A DNA stretch of 63,819 nt, counting the filler, from Choristocarpus tenellus KU-1152 (taxonomy: Eukaryota > Protista > Phaeophyceae): NCBI GenBank assembly GCA_964200185.2. It is 12 parts of 12 records of this genome, joined end to end, with 100 filler letters (N's around TTAATTAATTAA, not from the genome) between each part and the next. Parts side by side here need not be neighbours in the genome. Positions count along the whole stretch, not along the records: positions 61,192 to 63,819 come from CAXNAD020026150.1; 11 more parts are not named here. One strand, given 5' to 3'. Below, piece by piece: positions 63,623-63,819 of this stretch. The notes under the pieces were generated by a model that did not search any database, had not been told where the DNA came from, and saw only the letters and a program-made list of their open reading frames with translations. A program made the translations under genes and the position numbers. Numbering within the stretch: the stretch's first letter is position 1; each line of letters starts with the position of its first letter.

Positions 63623-63811
63623 CACGGTTCGACCCTTGATATCCTTTTCCAGATCTAACACCACAAGGGTAGCGCTACTGAGCTGCAAAGCCCCCAGGCT
63701 TGCCAGCTGCCTCATGCGGCCTGGGGTGCCCACAGCCAGGGGGAAGCAGGCCTTCCTAAGCATCGTCTTTTGCTCATCCATCTTGAGGTGTTTGGCAAAG
63801 AGTTTCAATAC
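63623..63811 (-). CDS. CMSS1: Exon of a CMSS1/Cms1-like protein (helicase-like ribosome biogenesis factor)
   Basis: Acceptor TCAG, then VLKLFAKHLKMDEQ..ML....LAVGTPGRMRQL...GALQL....LVVLD..KD.K, the Cms1 family signature. Confidence 0.85.
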
Positions 63812-63819
63812 CTGACATC

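Overview
Eukaryotic nuclear DNA: 12 short contigs joined by artificial N-TTAATTAATTAA-N linkers, so neighbours across linkers are not biologically adjacent. Spliceosomal introns, (TTAGGG)n and a signal peptide with an ASAFAP-like plastid-targeting motif point to an ochrophyte, probably brown-algal, genome (inference). The window is mostly repeats: two related high-copy MITE families (A, about 180 bp; B, about 258 bp), a foldback MITE (C), decayed Ty1/copia, Ty3/gypsy, LINE, Tc1/mariner/pogo and Harbinger remnants, and mini/microsatellites. Host gene fragments include a flavocytochrome c/fumarate reductase last exon, a plastid-targeted RF3 (prfC), an F-BAR protein, two IQ-motif proteins and a CMSS1/Cms1-like exon. 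The best candidate for an undescribed system is a complete 3.9-kb element (48143-52048) with about 110-bp terminal inverted repeats. It sits inside a family-A MITE, has no recognisable transposase, and carries a spliced gene ending in a SET-domain lysine methyltransferase exon. All calls come from reading motifs by eye; no database search was run.
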